A stretch of 64,000 nucleotides of DNA, from assembly GCA_002189035.1 (NCBI GenBank), contig NEEC01000018.1:1240001-1304000 (forward strand), written 5' to 3'. Shown one piece after another: positions 48,690-63,000 of the stretch. Source of the stretch: Utricularia gibba. Lineage: Eukaryota; Plantae; Magnoliophyta. Numbering within the stretch: the first letter of the stretch is position 1; every line of letters starts with the position of its first letter. A program made the position numbers and the translations under genes. Under the pieces are notes generated by a model. It worked only from the letters and a program-made list of their open reading frames with translations. It was not told the origin of the DNA and searched no databases.

Positions 48690-51600
48690 CTAACAATTTT
48701 CTTGAGGATCTTCAGCTGGCAAGTTCAGATCAAACAGATTGGTGGCAGCTGAGCTTCCCTCGGCAGATATGTTTTTCCTGTGGCGTTTCTTCCTGGAGAA
48801 ATATAGGCTCTCATCCGAAGCTCTGGATGCAGATGCTTCACCTGTTTCTACAAATTCCACTCTCAGAATGGCAACAAGAGTAGAGTGCGCCAACATAAAG
48901 TAACAAAAATTTATTCGTGATGAAAACAAAATACAAGAAATTTGCAAGGAAATTGAAACGAAGCTTTTTCATGTGAAACTGGACAGCGTGTAAAGAAAAA
49001 AAAAAAGAATTGAACAAAATAAACACAGAAGTCAACACTTGAAACTAAACTAAAGTTCATGGAAACCAAAACTGATGACTCCTGAACTGAAAACTGGGGA
49101 GTCTTTAAACTTTTCAGTAGGCTCCTTCATGAATAACACACATTTAGAATGAATAGTGTATAAGGTAAGCAAGATGTGAGTTAGAATAATTTGCAACTAC
49201 AAATAAAGAAACGAGACATTTTGTCAGGTAAATACTTGAGCAACACCACACCCGGGGGGAAAAATACTCTCTTGGTGTCGTTATATCTATGTTTTATGTT
49301 CTATAGCACTGTGGTGAAAGGCATAAGACCAAACCAACTTACCACTTAACTGATCAGCTGACTCCTGGCATCTGACATTGCTTTTTGCTTCAGCACTACA
49401 CCCAGCTATCAAGTCTTCTGCCTTTTCAATTCCTTTTGACTGGTATGGGGCTATATTGTGTATAGTGTATTGGAGTGCACCCAATAAATCATTTTCAATA
49501 CAATCATACCTGTAAAATTAACAAAAGTGATGATTTAATTTTTTTTCTTTTTTTCACTTCATTTGGAAAATTGCAACTCACATTTTTTTGCAAAGGTTGT
49601 CTGTGATGACAGACAGATTGATGACTTGCATCCTTACTTTCATGATTTCTTCCTCAGTATACTCATCAAATGGCTCCCCAAGAAATTTGGAAAGTTTCTC
49701 AACATTGGACTCTAGCTGCTGCTGCTGGTCTTCAAATAAATACTGTTTTATTTCACTTTCCTTCGATGTCATCTCACCCTTGAAAAAGTCACCACTAAAC
49801 ATGTAGAATGCAAAGGGATATGAGTATGAGAGAGCTCGTCTGGACCTGAACAACCGGTAAAAACCATTTGAGACCCAGCTAAAGTCTCTGAGTTTTGAGT
49901 CCCTTGCTTCCAAATTGGATATTTTTTCCTTAATAGTTTCCTTTAGACGAGCCTCCTGCTCAAAGGAATCTTTATGAGCCTTGTACCTATTATGGTAATG
50001 CATGTAGCGGTAAAGTTCCCTTTTTGCAAGCTCAGCCTTCTTTTCACTATCTTCTTTGTAGCGACCACAACTATGATTGGCAATTTGAGACCAGGTATGG
50101 TCTTGGCCTGTTGCTCCTCCACACAGCCAACTGAAAGTAGGAAATAAAAGAATGAAACAGAGGAAAGGTAGTTTGCTATGAATGGTGTAACACAAACACT
50201 TCAAATTAGCCAACTTGGATACAAAATCCAAATCAAGCTCACGGATGTATAGTTTAAAAAACATGTAAGAGCATTCCATAAGCAAGCATGTAAAATGAAC
50301 AGAAAAAGGGTTCAAATAATTAACCTAGTCTTACCAAAATGGCTGCCCACATATGCAACTAACCAAATTGCAACCACCATTCTTCTCAACTGGTTTGTGA
50401 CATTTGGGACAAGGTTTTGTATGCACTGTTATCCAGTTGACGGTTTCAGATTCATCACGACATTTCTTTGCCCACAGCTCCCACATCAAACATGAGCAAG
50501 GTGAATGGGCTTCTGATAAGCAACTGAAACAAAACTGCAGCCCACAAGAGCATTCTACCTCACAAAATGTATCTTTCTCCACCCTGATTGCATTTCCACA
50601 ATGGGGTACACTGGGACACCATTTAACCATTTTGTTGTCTTCAATATATGATTCAAGGAGAAACCGGTCAAATTTCTCTGCCAAATCCACTTCTCTCAAA
50701 CCAACTAACTTTCTAACTACATCTTCATCGCATATAGCATTGCATTTTTCTGACATACACCTGATCCTCTTGCTCTGCCCGTCATTTATTTTGACAATGA
50801 AGTGTTCTGTCCAACCTTAATATTTTGAAAAGAGTTAGAATGAACACCAGACGTTATTCAGCTGAAAAAACTAGAGAAATTAATTAAAATAAGACACAAC
50901 AACATAGAAGCATAAAACACAATTCCTGAACTGATAGGAAAAGTTTACAAAATCACAGCAAATATAGATATCCCAGATGACGATTCAAAAGCAGAAAAAT
51001 CAAAGTCAAAAAAATCATTCTTACAGGTATTGCAAAAACAGTGACCACAGTCCATGGTTGTGGTATCTTTTGCAAGAACATCATCCATGCAGATTCTACA
51101 AACCACGTTGGACGAGGACAATGTCATGTTGAGATCAACAATTTTGGCCACTTTTACACCTGCTTCAGAAAACAGGTGGTGTTTTCCCTTCTCAACATAA
51201 ACAGCTATCAGTTTCTCAACATCCCAACGGTAGTGGATGAGAAGTGTTCTGGCGTGATGTTCTCGAACAGACAACAACTCCATAACCCTTTGCAAATCCT
51301 CTTTCTACATAAGACAACGTCCACGATATCATGCACGTTAAAAAGAATTCTTTAGTTATTCAAGTCGCTTTTATAAAATTCCTGTTTGCATCGAGAGTGT
51401 TGTGCCACGTAAAATCATTACTAACAAGCTAACGAACATACTGAAGACTTGGGAAATTTCTGCCAGTCAAAAGGATTTATTCAAGCAGTAGAGAAACCAA
51501 CACGACAATAAAAATTGATTCTTTCACCTACAGAAGTATCATGCTCCACAATATTGTAAGGAGTTCGAGAATCGTGCTATAAATTTCAATACCTGGGCAG

Positions 51601-51947
51601 CTGCCAGGGACTCCTCCGTGATAAACTGCGCACGATTCCAAAGAGCATTTGTTAAAAACAAGAGAAAGACTCTTCCAGTAGGCTTTTATTATATATGCCT
51701 TCTCAGCCAACCCAATAAACGTAAATGATGATGAAGAAACCCTTTATACGCCTATTGCCAAGGCAACATTGACGTGCATTATGAAGCAACAGAACGAACA
51801 AACCTTGCAAGTAGGGGCACTGGACGAGGCCCTGAGAGAATCGGAATCGTCATTCTCAACCCCGTTAAGCGATTCGGCTTCTTGATCAGAGGCATAACAA
51901 ACATCTTCCTCCTCGCTGCCACTGCTCATGTAGTAGTCTTCCTCCAT
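48690..51947 (-). CDS. ARI1: ARIADNE RBR E3 ubiquitin ligase (ARI1/ARI2-like), multi-exon
   Basis: Acidic N-terminus. RING1 CRICMDD..CGHCFCN; IBR KWCPSVPHCGNAIRVE; RING2 KPCPKCHKPVEKNGGCNLVSCICGQPFW; Ariadne domain RYMHYHNRYKAH; last exon 48841-48690. Confidence 0.93.
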
Positions 51948-52458
51948 GATCCACCACTGATTTGATCACTCCTAAACCCCCCCAAAAAAAAGAAAAAAAA
52001 AACTCAACATACATAAAGAGAATTTTACCGACAAAAAAAAGAACTTTGTACCAATCATGTGGTCGCGAACAATTCCGAATTTCTCCGGCGACTGAAAGAA
52101 GAGAACAAGGGCCGAGAAAAGGCGTGTTTCTCACCGAAAAGGTCCGTATTTACCTTATGGGCTGTGTTTGTTCGAAACGGCGTCGTTTGCATAAGCAGGA
52201 ACCATGGAAGGCGACCGATCACTGGACCTCGACTCCCGGCCCGGTCGGTGGCCACCGAGGAAAAGTCAAACGATGACGAGTCAAAAGTACACGGGACGCA
52301 ATTAATACATAAAAATGCGCCATTTACATTTTACTGTCACCTTCCAACATACCTTAACCAAGTTGAAGAAGAAGAAGACTCCATATCCATCCTTTCACAT
52401 GCTTTATCTTACCCTATGCCCGTATAAGCGCGTTTGATAATATAGTATATAAAATTTA

Positions 52459-52484
52459 ATATATATATATATATATATATATAT
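52459..52484. repeat. (AT)13 microsatellite in the ARI/UTP23 divergent spacer
   Basis: Direct reading of the sequence. Confidence 0.95.
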
Positions 52485-52967
52485 TGAATATACGAATGTT
52501 ATACAAATGGAAAAAGTGGATTAATTATGCTTATATCACTTACATATTCAAAATTACATTTTAGAATATCAAATGTTATATATAATTGATTATATATATA
52601 TATTATACTTAAACATATTACTATTTTATTATTAAACGAACCGCGTTCGGAAATAGTATATTTAAATTCATTTGTGTTGTTTAAATAATAATTTGTATTG
52701 AATATATAAATATAATAATATATATCAAGAAACTGTATAGAATGGTACGAGAGAAAAAGGCTTATGCGGCCCAGGCTCATAAAAACCCAGATGCCTGTTT
52801 CTGGGCCGTGGCCCATGTTCTCGACTGTTCTTAGCAGACCCTATTCTTGTGGGAAGAAGACTTTGCAATCCTGAAGTTGTGATCTCGAGTTCATCAGTGA
52901 TTGGTTGTTCGTCAGGAATACTCGAGTGTTTGGAGGGGTTTCCGTGTTCTGCTGATTCGGGCTTGCC

Positions 52968-54586
52968 ATGAAAGTGAAAAAGCAGAGGCGGCACAGGAAA
53001 GCGCTTCGCTTCTACACTGCTTGCTATGGGTTCCGGCCGCCGTTCAAAATCCTTTGCGATGGCACCTTCGTGCACCATCTTCTAGACAATCGTATCCTTC
53101 CTGCGGATACCGCATTGGCGAATATTCTTGGTGCCGATGTGAAGATGTTTACTACCAGGTATGGTGGTGTGCTGTATTTTTGCTACTATTGGTTTTACTT
53201 GGCTCGTTGGTTAGGAATTGGTGAATCTACGCTTGCAGATGTGTCCTTGCGGAGTTGAGAAGCCTTGGTAGCTCTTATTCTGATTCCTATGATGCTGCTT
53301 GTAAGCTGGTAACTGCCAGGTGCTCTCTCTCTGCCGCCTTCATTGATTTTTACTGCTTTAAGTTCATCAAATGTTCGTATTAGTTTGCATCCAGAAGTGA
53401 GGAAAATGTACATAGTTCTCATTATGTTCTCAGCTTATTTCAAAGTAAACTAGATTCTGAAATCAAATTTGAGACAAGGAAAATCTTAATCAGCACACAA
53501 GTGGGATTTGAGTCAACATCTTGGTATGCAGAAGAATAACTGTTTAGCGACTGGTTGGGGTATCATATATGTACTTGGCGCGCAAAATCTTAGACTGCAG
53601 TTTATTGTTATTATTTGTATTGTTCCTGTGTCCAACTTCTGATGAGTACACTCTTTAGATGTGATCATGAGAAACGGAAGAGTGCTGTGGCGTGTCTCAC
53701 AGAAGTCATGGGACAGAGTAACATAGAACATTTCTTTGTTGCTACGCAGGATGCAGAGCTGAGACAGAAGTTACAGGAGGTTGATTTCTTCCTCTTGGAG
53801 CCATTTTTTGTTCATTTTTTTTGTTTGTTATACCTTATGTGGTGGTTTGATGTTAACTTGTTTCTGATCAGTAGTAGTCGATTTACCTTGTTGGTTATGA
53901 AGTTCTGTATATTCATTATATTGTTTTGTATGGTAGATCCCTGGTGTGCCTGTAATATATGCTCTTCGGAATGCTCTCTTTCTGGAACGACCATCACCAT
54001 TGCAACATGAGTACGCCAAGGCTGCCGAACTGGAGCGATCTAATATGACTGATTTGGAGTACAAGCTTCTGAAGCTTAAGAGGAAAAGGGTAGTGTCAAA
54101 TGAGGCAAAAGATTCTTTGGGTGGGACTGATGATAAATCAGAGCATCTTCCAGACTCCAAGGTCCTCAGTAGGAAACTCAAGAGAAAGAGAGCTAAGGTC
54201 AGATCATCCTTCTGTCTCATTGTTTCCTTTCATAATATAAAGCATTTGTGCACTTCTAACATCCTATCGACCTGTGCATTTAACTTGCCTGGATAAAGCT
54301 CACTAAGTTATCACTGTTCCTCCATTCACAGGGTCCAAATCCCCTTTCTTGCAAGAAGAAAAAGGTCAAGGTGGAAGGTGAAGCTGCTCCTGGGAAGGTC
54401 TGTTCCTCTGCTTTCATCCAGTTTACATAATGTTTTTTTTGGAAGAAACTTTAGTGTTGTTGTTGTTACTTGAGAGTTCATCTTCCCTTTCAGTCGCATG
54501 AAGAAACTGCTGGTGATAGCAGAAGAAGCAGAAGCAGGAAGCGCAAGAGGACTAGAAGCCATAAGAACGAGACAATGGCATCTTAA
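52968..54586 (+). CDS. UTP23: rRNA-processing PIN-domain protein UTP23, 6 exons
   Basis: MKVKKQRRHRKALRFYTACYGFRPPFKILCDGTF...HFFVATQDAELRQKL...KRAK|GPNPLSCKKKK. Site II motifs at ~52768-52815. Confidence 0.93.
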
Positions 54587-54913
54587 TGATGAAGCACGGC
54601 CCATTTTTTGATGTTATGAATGTAGCAAATTTTGATTATCTATTTTCTATTTTAAAAAATTAATTATAATTTAAAATTAATATACTGAAATTTTAATTGT
54701 GCATAGGGTTTGAAACATCAAAAAAGTGGTTCGTTGGATTTCTGCCTATTTTATTTTTTAAATTGTTCAAAAGAAAAGAAGCCGGTACATGGAAGAAGAT
54801 GTACCGTATTACGATGGGGATGAGTCTAGAAGATTAAAGCCGTATCACTTGAGAAGAACAGTTCGAGTTGTACTGGAAGGCGTGATTAGGCGAGGACGAC
54901 GAGCTCATGTAGA

Positions 54914-57900
54914 ATGGAGGATAAGCGGAGAGATTCCGCCGGGACGCCGCCTCTGCAGACGCCTCCGCCGGCCACCTCGATGGATGCTCAAACATCGGAG
55001 CAGCCAGCGTCGTCAAGGAGGCGAGGCGGCGGGCAGAAACGGAAATTGGTCTCGGTCAACAGCGCCGGCGGCGGTAGCTCGACCTCCCTGGGGACTTCAT
55101 CTAAGAGACAAGCTAGGGAGAAGCCGCCGGCTGTACTCTTTCCCTCGATCCACACGAATGGACCCTGCACTAGGGCACGCGTGCATCCTCACAACAGCAG
55201 CAGCTTTTATGGGGAGAATCCATTGAAGGGCGACGTGGATGCGCTGGATATAGCGGCTAAGGGGACGAATCGAATTTTGGGAGTGAGGGTTTGGAGGCTT
55301 TGGGTGCGAAAATTGAGGCCGAGTACGAATCTATAAGATCGAGAGATGCTAATGTCCATGTGGTGCCAATTCATGCTGGTAAGCTGAACTATTGAAGTTT
55401 CTGTATCAAGGGCATTGTTTCTCTATCTCCTATATTGGTTGCTGTCGACTCATTTTGCTTATCCATAGAGAATTGGTGCACCTTTTTCCTTCAAAGAATA
55501 TAGCTTTCGTACTTTTAAACCTATAAATGAATTATACAGTTTCTTAGAGAGTTAAGCCGGTTAATTGGGCTGTCAATGAAAACTTGGCGACTAGTTTACT
55601 ATCTGTTAGAGCAAAGACTTTTTGGGACTTTTAAGGATCTTAGTACTGTTAGCCTGTTAAGATCAGGGAAAGCATCTTAGGATCTAAGTATTTCTAGCAT
55701 TGCTCAAACTTTTGCAGGTTGGTTTATGTGGACGGAAATCCATCCACTGGAGCAGAGGATGCTGCAATCTTTCTTTAATGGAAAATCAGAGAACAGGAAC
55801 TCGGAAATCTATATGATGATCAGGAATTCAATAATGAAGAAATTTCATTATAATCCCAATGAGCAAATTGAGATAAAACATCTGTCTGAGATGACAGTTG
55901 GAGACTTGGATGCTCGGCAGGAAGTTATGGAGTTTTTGGACTATTGGGGCTTGATCAATTATCATCCATTTCCACCTAATGCAACTGTCGCTACACCTGC
56001 TAATGCTGATGTTAGCAAAGTTGAAGTTGCAGAAAATGACTCCTTGGTTAATAAATTATTTCAATTTGAAACAATGCAGTCATGGACGCCAGTTACACCA
56101 AGGGCGAACCTGGAGATGCCATCAACGCCATCTGGCTTTTTTCCCGAGTCTGTGGTTGCTGATGATCTTCTGAAGCCTGATGGGCCATCTGTTGAATATC
56201 ATTGTAATTCTTGCTCAACAGATTGCTCTCGGAAGCGCTATCATTGCCAGAAGCAGGTATCTTCTCTTTGGCATTTGGTACCCCCCCCCCCCCCCCCGAT
56301 TTGCTCGCTCTTGCCTTCTGAGTCACTTCATTTCACGTGTAAGATTCTTCATAGACTTAATCAACACACCTTTTCCGGTTATTTATGAAAATTTGATTGA
56401 TAAGATGCGGGAGAAAGGTATTTGACCACTACCCATGTTGCTTTTGGGTGCTTTTTGGCTGCAAGCAGAAGTTGTATTTGTCAAAATATTGATTTAGCAT
56501 GTTGTTTTGACGATGAACTGATACAACCTTTGGGAATACCATATATGCATTGCAATCAACGTGATGCATGCTTTGTTTCTTCAGCGGGCTACTTGCTTCC
56601 TGATGTTCACTTGGCATTTCTGAAAAATCTTTCTTTCGCTGAACTTCTGTTCTGGACAGGCAGATTTTGACCTCTGTGCCGATTGCTTCACCAATGGAAA
56701 GTTTGGGTCGGATATGTTCCCAACAGATTTCATTCTGATGGAATCTACCGAGGCTGCTGGCACTAGTGGAGGGAACTGGACGGATCAAGAAACTCTTCTA
56801 CTGCTTGAAGCCATAGAATTATTCAGAGATAACTGGTCAGAGATTGCAGAACACGTGGCAACAAAAACAAAGGCTCAGTGCATAATGCACTTTGTCCAAA
56901 TGCCCATTGAAGATGCTTTTTATGTCCAGGAAGATGGAAGTGATGATGTTCATAAAGAAACTTCGACCGCGAGTATTGAGGATTCCACCAAGAAAGCTGA
57001 TCTTGATTGTGATGCTTCTATTAAAGATCTTTCTGATGGTAATGAAGGACATGTAGGCATTGCAAGTAACCAGGAATCTACTCCTACTGAAATTTCAAAT
57101 CCAGATGAAATCAAGGAGTCTAATGGATGTCAAGAAGCTGGGGAAAGTGTTGTGTTGAAGGCTCTGAGTGAGGCCTTTGAAACAGTGGGTTCCTTTCCTT
57201 CTCCTGGAGTAAAAAGATCATTTTCTGATGCTGGTAATCCAGCAATCGCACTGGTATACGCCTTTTATTTTTCCCTTTGTTGTAATTGGAGGGTTGTTCC
57301 GATCTAGTGGCTAACATTTTGAGACGGAGTATAGACATTTTTGTTGGTACATTGACTCATAGATTGCATATCTATTGCAGGCTGCATTCCTTGTACGACT
57401 GGTTGATCCTAATGCTGTGACTGCATCCGTTCACAGTCTTCTGAAATTTACGTCTGCAAATTGTTCTAGCGAGGAGCTTGCTGCTAGACATTGTTTCCCT
57501 CTGGAAGATCCACCAAGTGACAAGAAAAATCATTCCAATTCCGAAGGGTTTGACCGTTGAACTTTTTTCTAGTAATAAGCATGAAAAGTCTGTCCCGGAT
57601 CTCATATATCATGAAATTTTGCAGTGCTCTACCTTTGACGACTGGGAGTGGAAGTCACACGGACAAGGATCTTCGTACTGAAAAGCAAGGGGTGACTCAC
57701 TGTTCTGCAGCTCAGACAACAACTTCTCATAATACTGAAGGTGCAAAGAAGGATCCTACCATTACAAGACATGGAAAAATGAATCCTGCCTCGCAAGAGC
57801 AAAAGCCCAGGGCTTCCTCTGGTCTGAATCCCTCTAGAAAATCTGGTTCAAAAAAGGCTAAAGCAACAGTCGCTGCTCAACATGCTTCCGTGAAGGAACG

Positions 57901-58852
57901 TAGCAACCTTAAAACCCCGAAGGGGAAAGATGGTAAAAAGTCATCAACAACCCCTCTTGCTGACCCCCCATCCATACTCCCAAAGGAATCAGAAAATGGG
58001 GCTTCAGCTGGACATGGTTCCGAAAATGAGCCTCCTAAAGACGAAGATGTGAAACCCCGTCCTGAAAAGAAAGGTGCTGATCAACCTGCCCGAGAAAATT
58101 CAACAACCACAATACATAATGCAGGTCCAACCTTTTTAGATGCCTTTTTCCTCTCTATATGCCGGAAGCAAGTATTTTTAATCCTAAGCTCAGGCCAAGC
58201 TCAACATACCACTGACTTTGTAAGTTTCCCTGTTCAACCTTTCTTGAAAAGCAGGTGATGATGAAGCAAAAGATCCCAGTGGAACCCCGAGTATTCCAGT
58301 GAAGAAAACCAACTTTGATCTCGTAAAGCTAAAACAGGCAGCAGTGGCCACCCTCTCTGCCGCAGCGGTAAAAGCAAAGCTTCTAGCTGACCAAGAAGAA
58401 GACGAAATACTTCGACTCTCCGCATTTATAGTTGAAAAAGAGGTAGTTCTTCATTCATTAACCATTTAGCACCCTCCCTCATGTAAACTATCCTTCACCC
58501 AAGTGCAGTTATACAAGCTGGAGGCGAAGCTGGCCTTTTACAACGAACTGGACAACATAGCGCTACGGGGCAAGGAGCAGATAGACAAGCTAAGAGCAAA
58601 GGTTCTACACGAGCGGTCTCAGATCATTGCTTCAAGATTCGGAGGAAACCGGCCGCCTAATCCACAAGGTCTCCCTCCCAACAAGCCCATCGCGACTAGT
58701 TTTCAGAGTCTTGCGATGAGACCACCGCCCCCGGGGGGGGCATAAACCTCCTCAGGCCTCCCCTCTCGAGGCCGATGACCCCAATGAATCCTACTTCTTT
58801 CATCAACGCCAACTCCTTATTCAGTAGCTCAGTTCAACCTAACGTAGAATAA
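54914..58852 (+). CDS. SWI3D: SWI/SNF subunit SWI3D (SWIRM, ZZ, SANT, coiled-coil), with two apparent -1 frameshifts in G runs
   Basis: SWIRM (WTEIHPLE...FLDYWGLINYHPF), ZZ (YHCNSCSTDCSRKRYHCQKQADFDLC), SANT (WTDQETLLLLEAIELFRDNWSEIAEHVATKTKAQC), and AAVKAKLLADQEEDEI. Frame breaks at 55261-55264 and 58733-58740. Confidence 0.92.
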
Positions 58853-60038
58853 ATGCCTTCTTCACTTAGTGATGCCTTTTTGGGTGAAACTTGAAAGGCG
58901 TTCTATGTCATGTCATCCCCCCTGTAGGAGGTGCTCTTTTGCCTCTCTGTAAGGCGTTGCCTGTCCAATTTATTGTATGATTCTCTATTGTTATATTACT
59001 AAGTGAATAGCAGCCCATAACATTGTTTTACAAAATGGATTCAATCAATTTTTAGGCTAACTCATACATGTGGATTGAATATTCTTTATAATGATTTATA
59101 TTCAATATGTTTATTTATCTTTTAAAATGTTTGGAGAAATATTTTTGAGAGAGATAAATGTTGAAGAATATTAATTTTGATAAGTTAATAATATACGATT
59201 AATTTGCGAAGAATTTTGATTAACTTTGCTATATGTAAAGAATGTAAAAGTTGTGATGAATCAATTTATCATGTTTTGATTAAATGCAATGAGATAGATA
59301 ATGACCATTTAAAAAAGTGATCATCCGTATATTTTTTTCATATACTAAGTTAAAAAATTATATTACATACAATTATTTTTATTACATAGGATAAAAGAAT
59401 GGTCAAATTTTTAATACACCAGATAGTTAATTGTTATATATTAGAATCAATATTAATTATTGATATGATTCATGTTTTTTTACACAAGGTATATCAAAAA
59501 AAGTCAAATGGATTATAAATATCATTTAATATGTTATATTCTAGGTTATTGAGAATCGAAGAAATACCAAATAAGTCAAATATTCAACAATATAATTATT
59601 GAAAAATATATAATTTATGAATTATTGATAGTTATGAATAATAGTCAATAATATATCTGATGATTTAACAGATAAGCCTACAATGCCTGGTAATGCATAC
59701 CAGATTAATACAACTGATTTAACTGTGATAATCCGGAAAAAATATCAATTACGAAAACGGTTGAATACAGATCGGGAAAAGGGCGGCACAGTTCAACCAT
59801 CTTAGGGACTGAGAAGCCGAACCGAGTTGGACCCCAAGCGGGGTAGGAGGGTCACCATTTACCCTCTGGTCGAGGATTCAAGCAGTTGTTTTTCTGAAGA
59901 TATCTATACTGGGCTTCGTTTTCCCTGATCGCTATCAGGTCAGGAGAGGTGCCGGTGAAATGTGATCTTCATATGTGTGTGTGAGTGATTGTTCATTTAT
60001 CGAGGCGTTTGCATTTGAATCAGACAGATCTCGGCTGA

Positions 60039-63000
60039 ATGGCGCAGTCGGTAGTTAAGAAGGACGACGATGGCGATGAAGAAGGTGCGGTGTTGATTAT
60101 TGTATCGATTTGGGATCTATATTATTTTGTTTTTCGTTTTGGTGGTAACAGAATTTGTGTCAGGGTTTCTGCTCTTTGCAGTCTGAATCAGTTGTAGATC
60201 TGGGGTTTTTGTCGGAACTCGGAATGTGCGATCGGATGCCAATTTTGTGTTTCTTTGGATTAGACATTTAGGCTGTTTTAGTATTTTTTAGGAGTTGATT
60301 TTGGACCGAGAGTCAACTCATGTGGTGATCCATATGCTACGTTTTTTCTTCCTGTTCAGTTCGTTTTTTCTTCCTGTAATTTGTGTAATTAGTGAAATGG
60401 GTCTTAAAATTGCAGCGGAGTACTCTCCATTTTTGGGAATTGAGAAGGGTGCAGTATTGCAAGAGGCGAGGGTTTTCAATGATCCCCAGTTGGATGCTAG
60501 AAGATGTTCTCAGGTAGTGTTGCATTGGGATAATGCCTTGGGCTCTTAGTTGAACCCTATCATCTTATATTTTGGTTCATGGGAATTTTGTCTAATGTCT
60601 CTGTTATCTTCATTTAGGTCATCACAAAGCTTTTATACCTGATAAATCAGGGTGAAACATTCACACAGGTTGTAGTCTGCTGCTCTTACAGAAATTCTTT
60701 ACTTATGTTCATCTATTTTGTCCCCCATACCTACACCATCTGCATATACAATTTTGAGTGACTTGTGTAAGTCATAAATATGTGCTCCAACTATGGTAAT
60801 TTATATTTGAATTTTTATTATGATTTTCAGGTTGAAGCTACAGGAGTTTTTTTTGGCGTTACAAAATTATTTCAGACTAACGATGCTGGTTTAAGAAGGA
60901 TGGTTTATATCATGATCAAAGAGCTTTCCCCCTGTGCAGATGAGGTAGCTCTGTTGTTCATTTGTTTCTGTTTTTGTTGTTGTTGGTGATTCTGCAATGG
61001 CTGGTTGTCTTCTCAAGGGTGCTGACAACATCTAGTCTTGGCATGAAAGGTCATAATTGTCACAAGCTCTCTCATGAAGGACATGAACAGCCGAACTGAT
61101 ATGTTTCGAGCGAATGCTATTCGTGTACTTAGTAGAATCACTGATGGAACCCTTTTATCCCAAATTGAGCGATATCTAAAGCAGGCTATTGTGGATAAAA
61201 ACCCAGTGGTTGCTAGTGCCGCACTTGTGAGTGGCATCCATTTGCTGCAGGTGCAACTTGATGCTTAAGAAATTTGATGTTTCCTTTTGAAAAAAATGTT
61301 CATGTTTTCCTAAGTTGATTTTGCTTTTTTTTTTTTTTGGGCAGAACAATCCCGAGATCGTGAAAAGGTGGACTAATGAGGTGCAAGAGGCCATTCAGTC
61401 TCGAGCTGCACTTGTTCAGTTCCATGCTCTTGCACTGCTCCACCAGGTTACCTTTTTTCTCAAGTGATCTTTCATTACAGCTGTGTTGTAGTGATTACGA
61501 TAATATAAAGTTGTGTCTACTGGCTATCATCTTTTTCCTTCACACTGTCTTCCCAACCAATAGAGTTTCCCGGTGCGTTTTTTTAATATATAAGAAAGAG
61601 TCGTGTACTGTTTACTTGAATTTACTTTGAATGCGTTTCTTTTTTTGTGCTAAAGGTCATGATACGATATGTTGTCATTCATCCACTATATTTTTGAGCG
61701 TGCAGATTAGACAAAATGATCGTTTAGCTGTTGGAAAGTTGGTTACAAGCTTGACAAAGGGTTCTGTTCGTTCTCCATTAGCTCAGTGCCTTATAGTTCG
61801 CTATACTAGTCAGGTAATGCCATCCGGATGTTACTTTTTTCTTCGTTATGACAATGTTTATGGGGAAAATTTCAAATTTAGCGGGAGTTTTATGCTTTTT
61901 ACATTCTAGGTTATTAGAGAGTCAGGTGTAAGTACTCAAACTGGGGAGCGGCCATTTTATGACTATCTTGAGGGTTGTCTCCGCCATAAAGCTGAGATGG
62001 TCATTTTTGAAGCTGCCCGTGCTATCACTGAGTTAAGCTATGTCACTGCGAAAGAGCTAACCCCTGCTATAACCGTTCTACAGCTGTTCTTAAGTTCTTC
62101 TAAGTCTGTTCTTAGATTTGCCGCGGTCAGGACCTTGAACAAGGTTTGTATTGGTACACTATTGACATGGTGCTTTCTATTTGGCTTATATTGACTAGAC
62201 CCTTGATTTGATGATTCTTTTTATATTTTAGTTTGCGCTTTCTATTTGGAATGTTTTTATCTCGAGGTTTTTTTTTCAGTATCCTAAGAGTCTAGACCCT
62301 TGATTTGATGATTCTTTTTACATTTTAGTTTGCGCTTCCTATTTGGAATGTTTTTATCTCGAGGTTTTGTTGTCAGTATCCTAAGAGTCTAGACCCTTGA
62401 TTTGATGTTTCTTTTTCTATTTTAGTTTGCGCTTTCTATTTAGAATGCTTTTATCTCGAGGTTTTGTTGTCAGTATCCTAAGAGTCTAAATATATTGGAA
62501 CTGCTGAGCACTTGCTTAGCACCTATACCTGTGGATGATGTGATTTCTCGTGCTCCTAATCTACACAGGTTGCAATGACGTATCCCATGGCAGTGACCAA
62601 TTGCAACATAGATATGGAGAGCCTTATTTCTGACCAGAATAGAAGCATAGCAACTCTTGCAATCACTACCCTATTGAAAACAGGGAATGAATCTAGTGTT
62701 GACCGCTTGTTGAAGCAGATTACAAATTTTATGTCTGATATTGCAGATGAGTTTAAGATTGTTTTAGTAGATGCTATAAGATCTCTTTGTTTGAAGTTCC
62801 CTATGAAGTACAGATCCCTGTGAGTGCTTTTTGATTTAATAGGAAATGATCAAATTTTCTTTCATTACTTAATTCGTACAAACACTTATTCATTTTTCTG
62901 GTTTTTGCATGAATAGCTAAACATGTGTATGTTGTCAGGATGAACTTCCTTAGCAGCATTTTGAGAGAAGAAGGTGGTTTTGAGTATAAAAAGGCAATTG

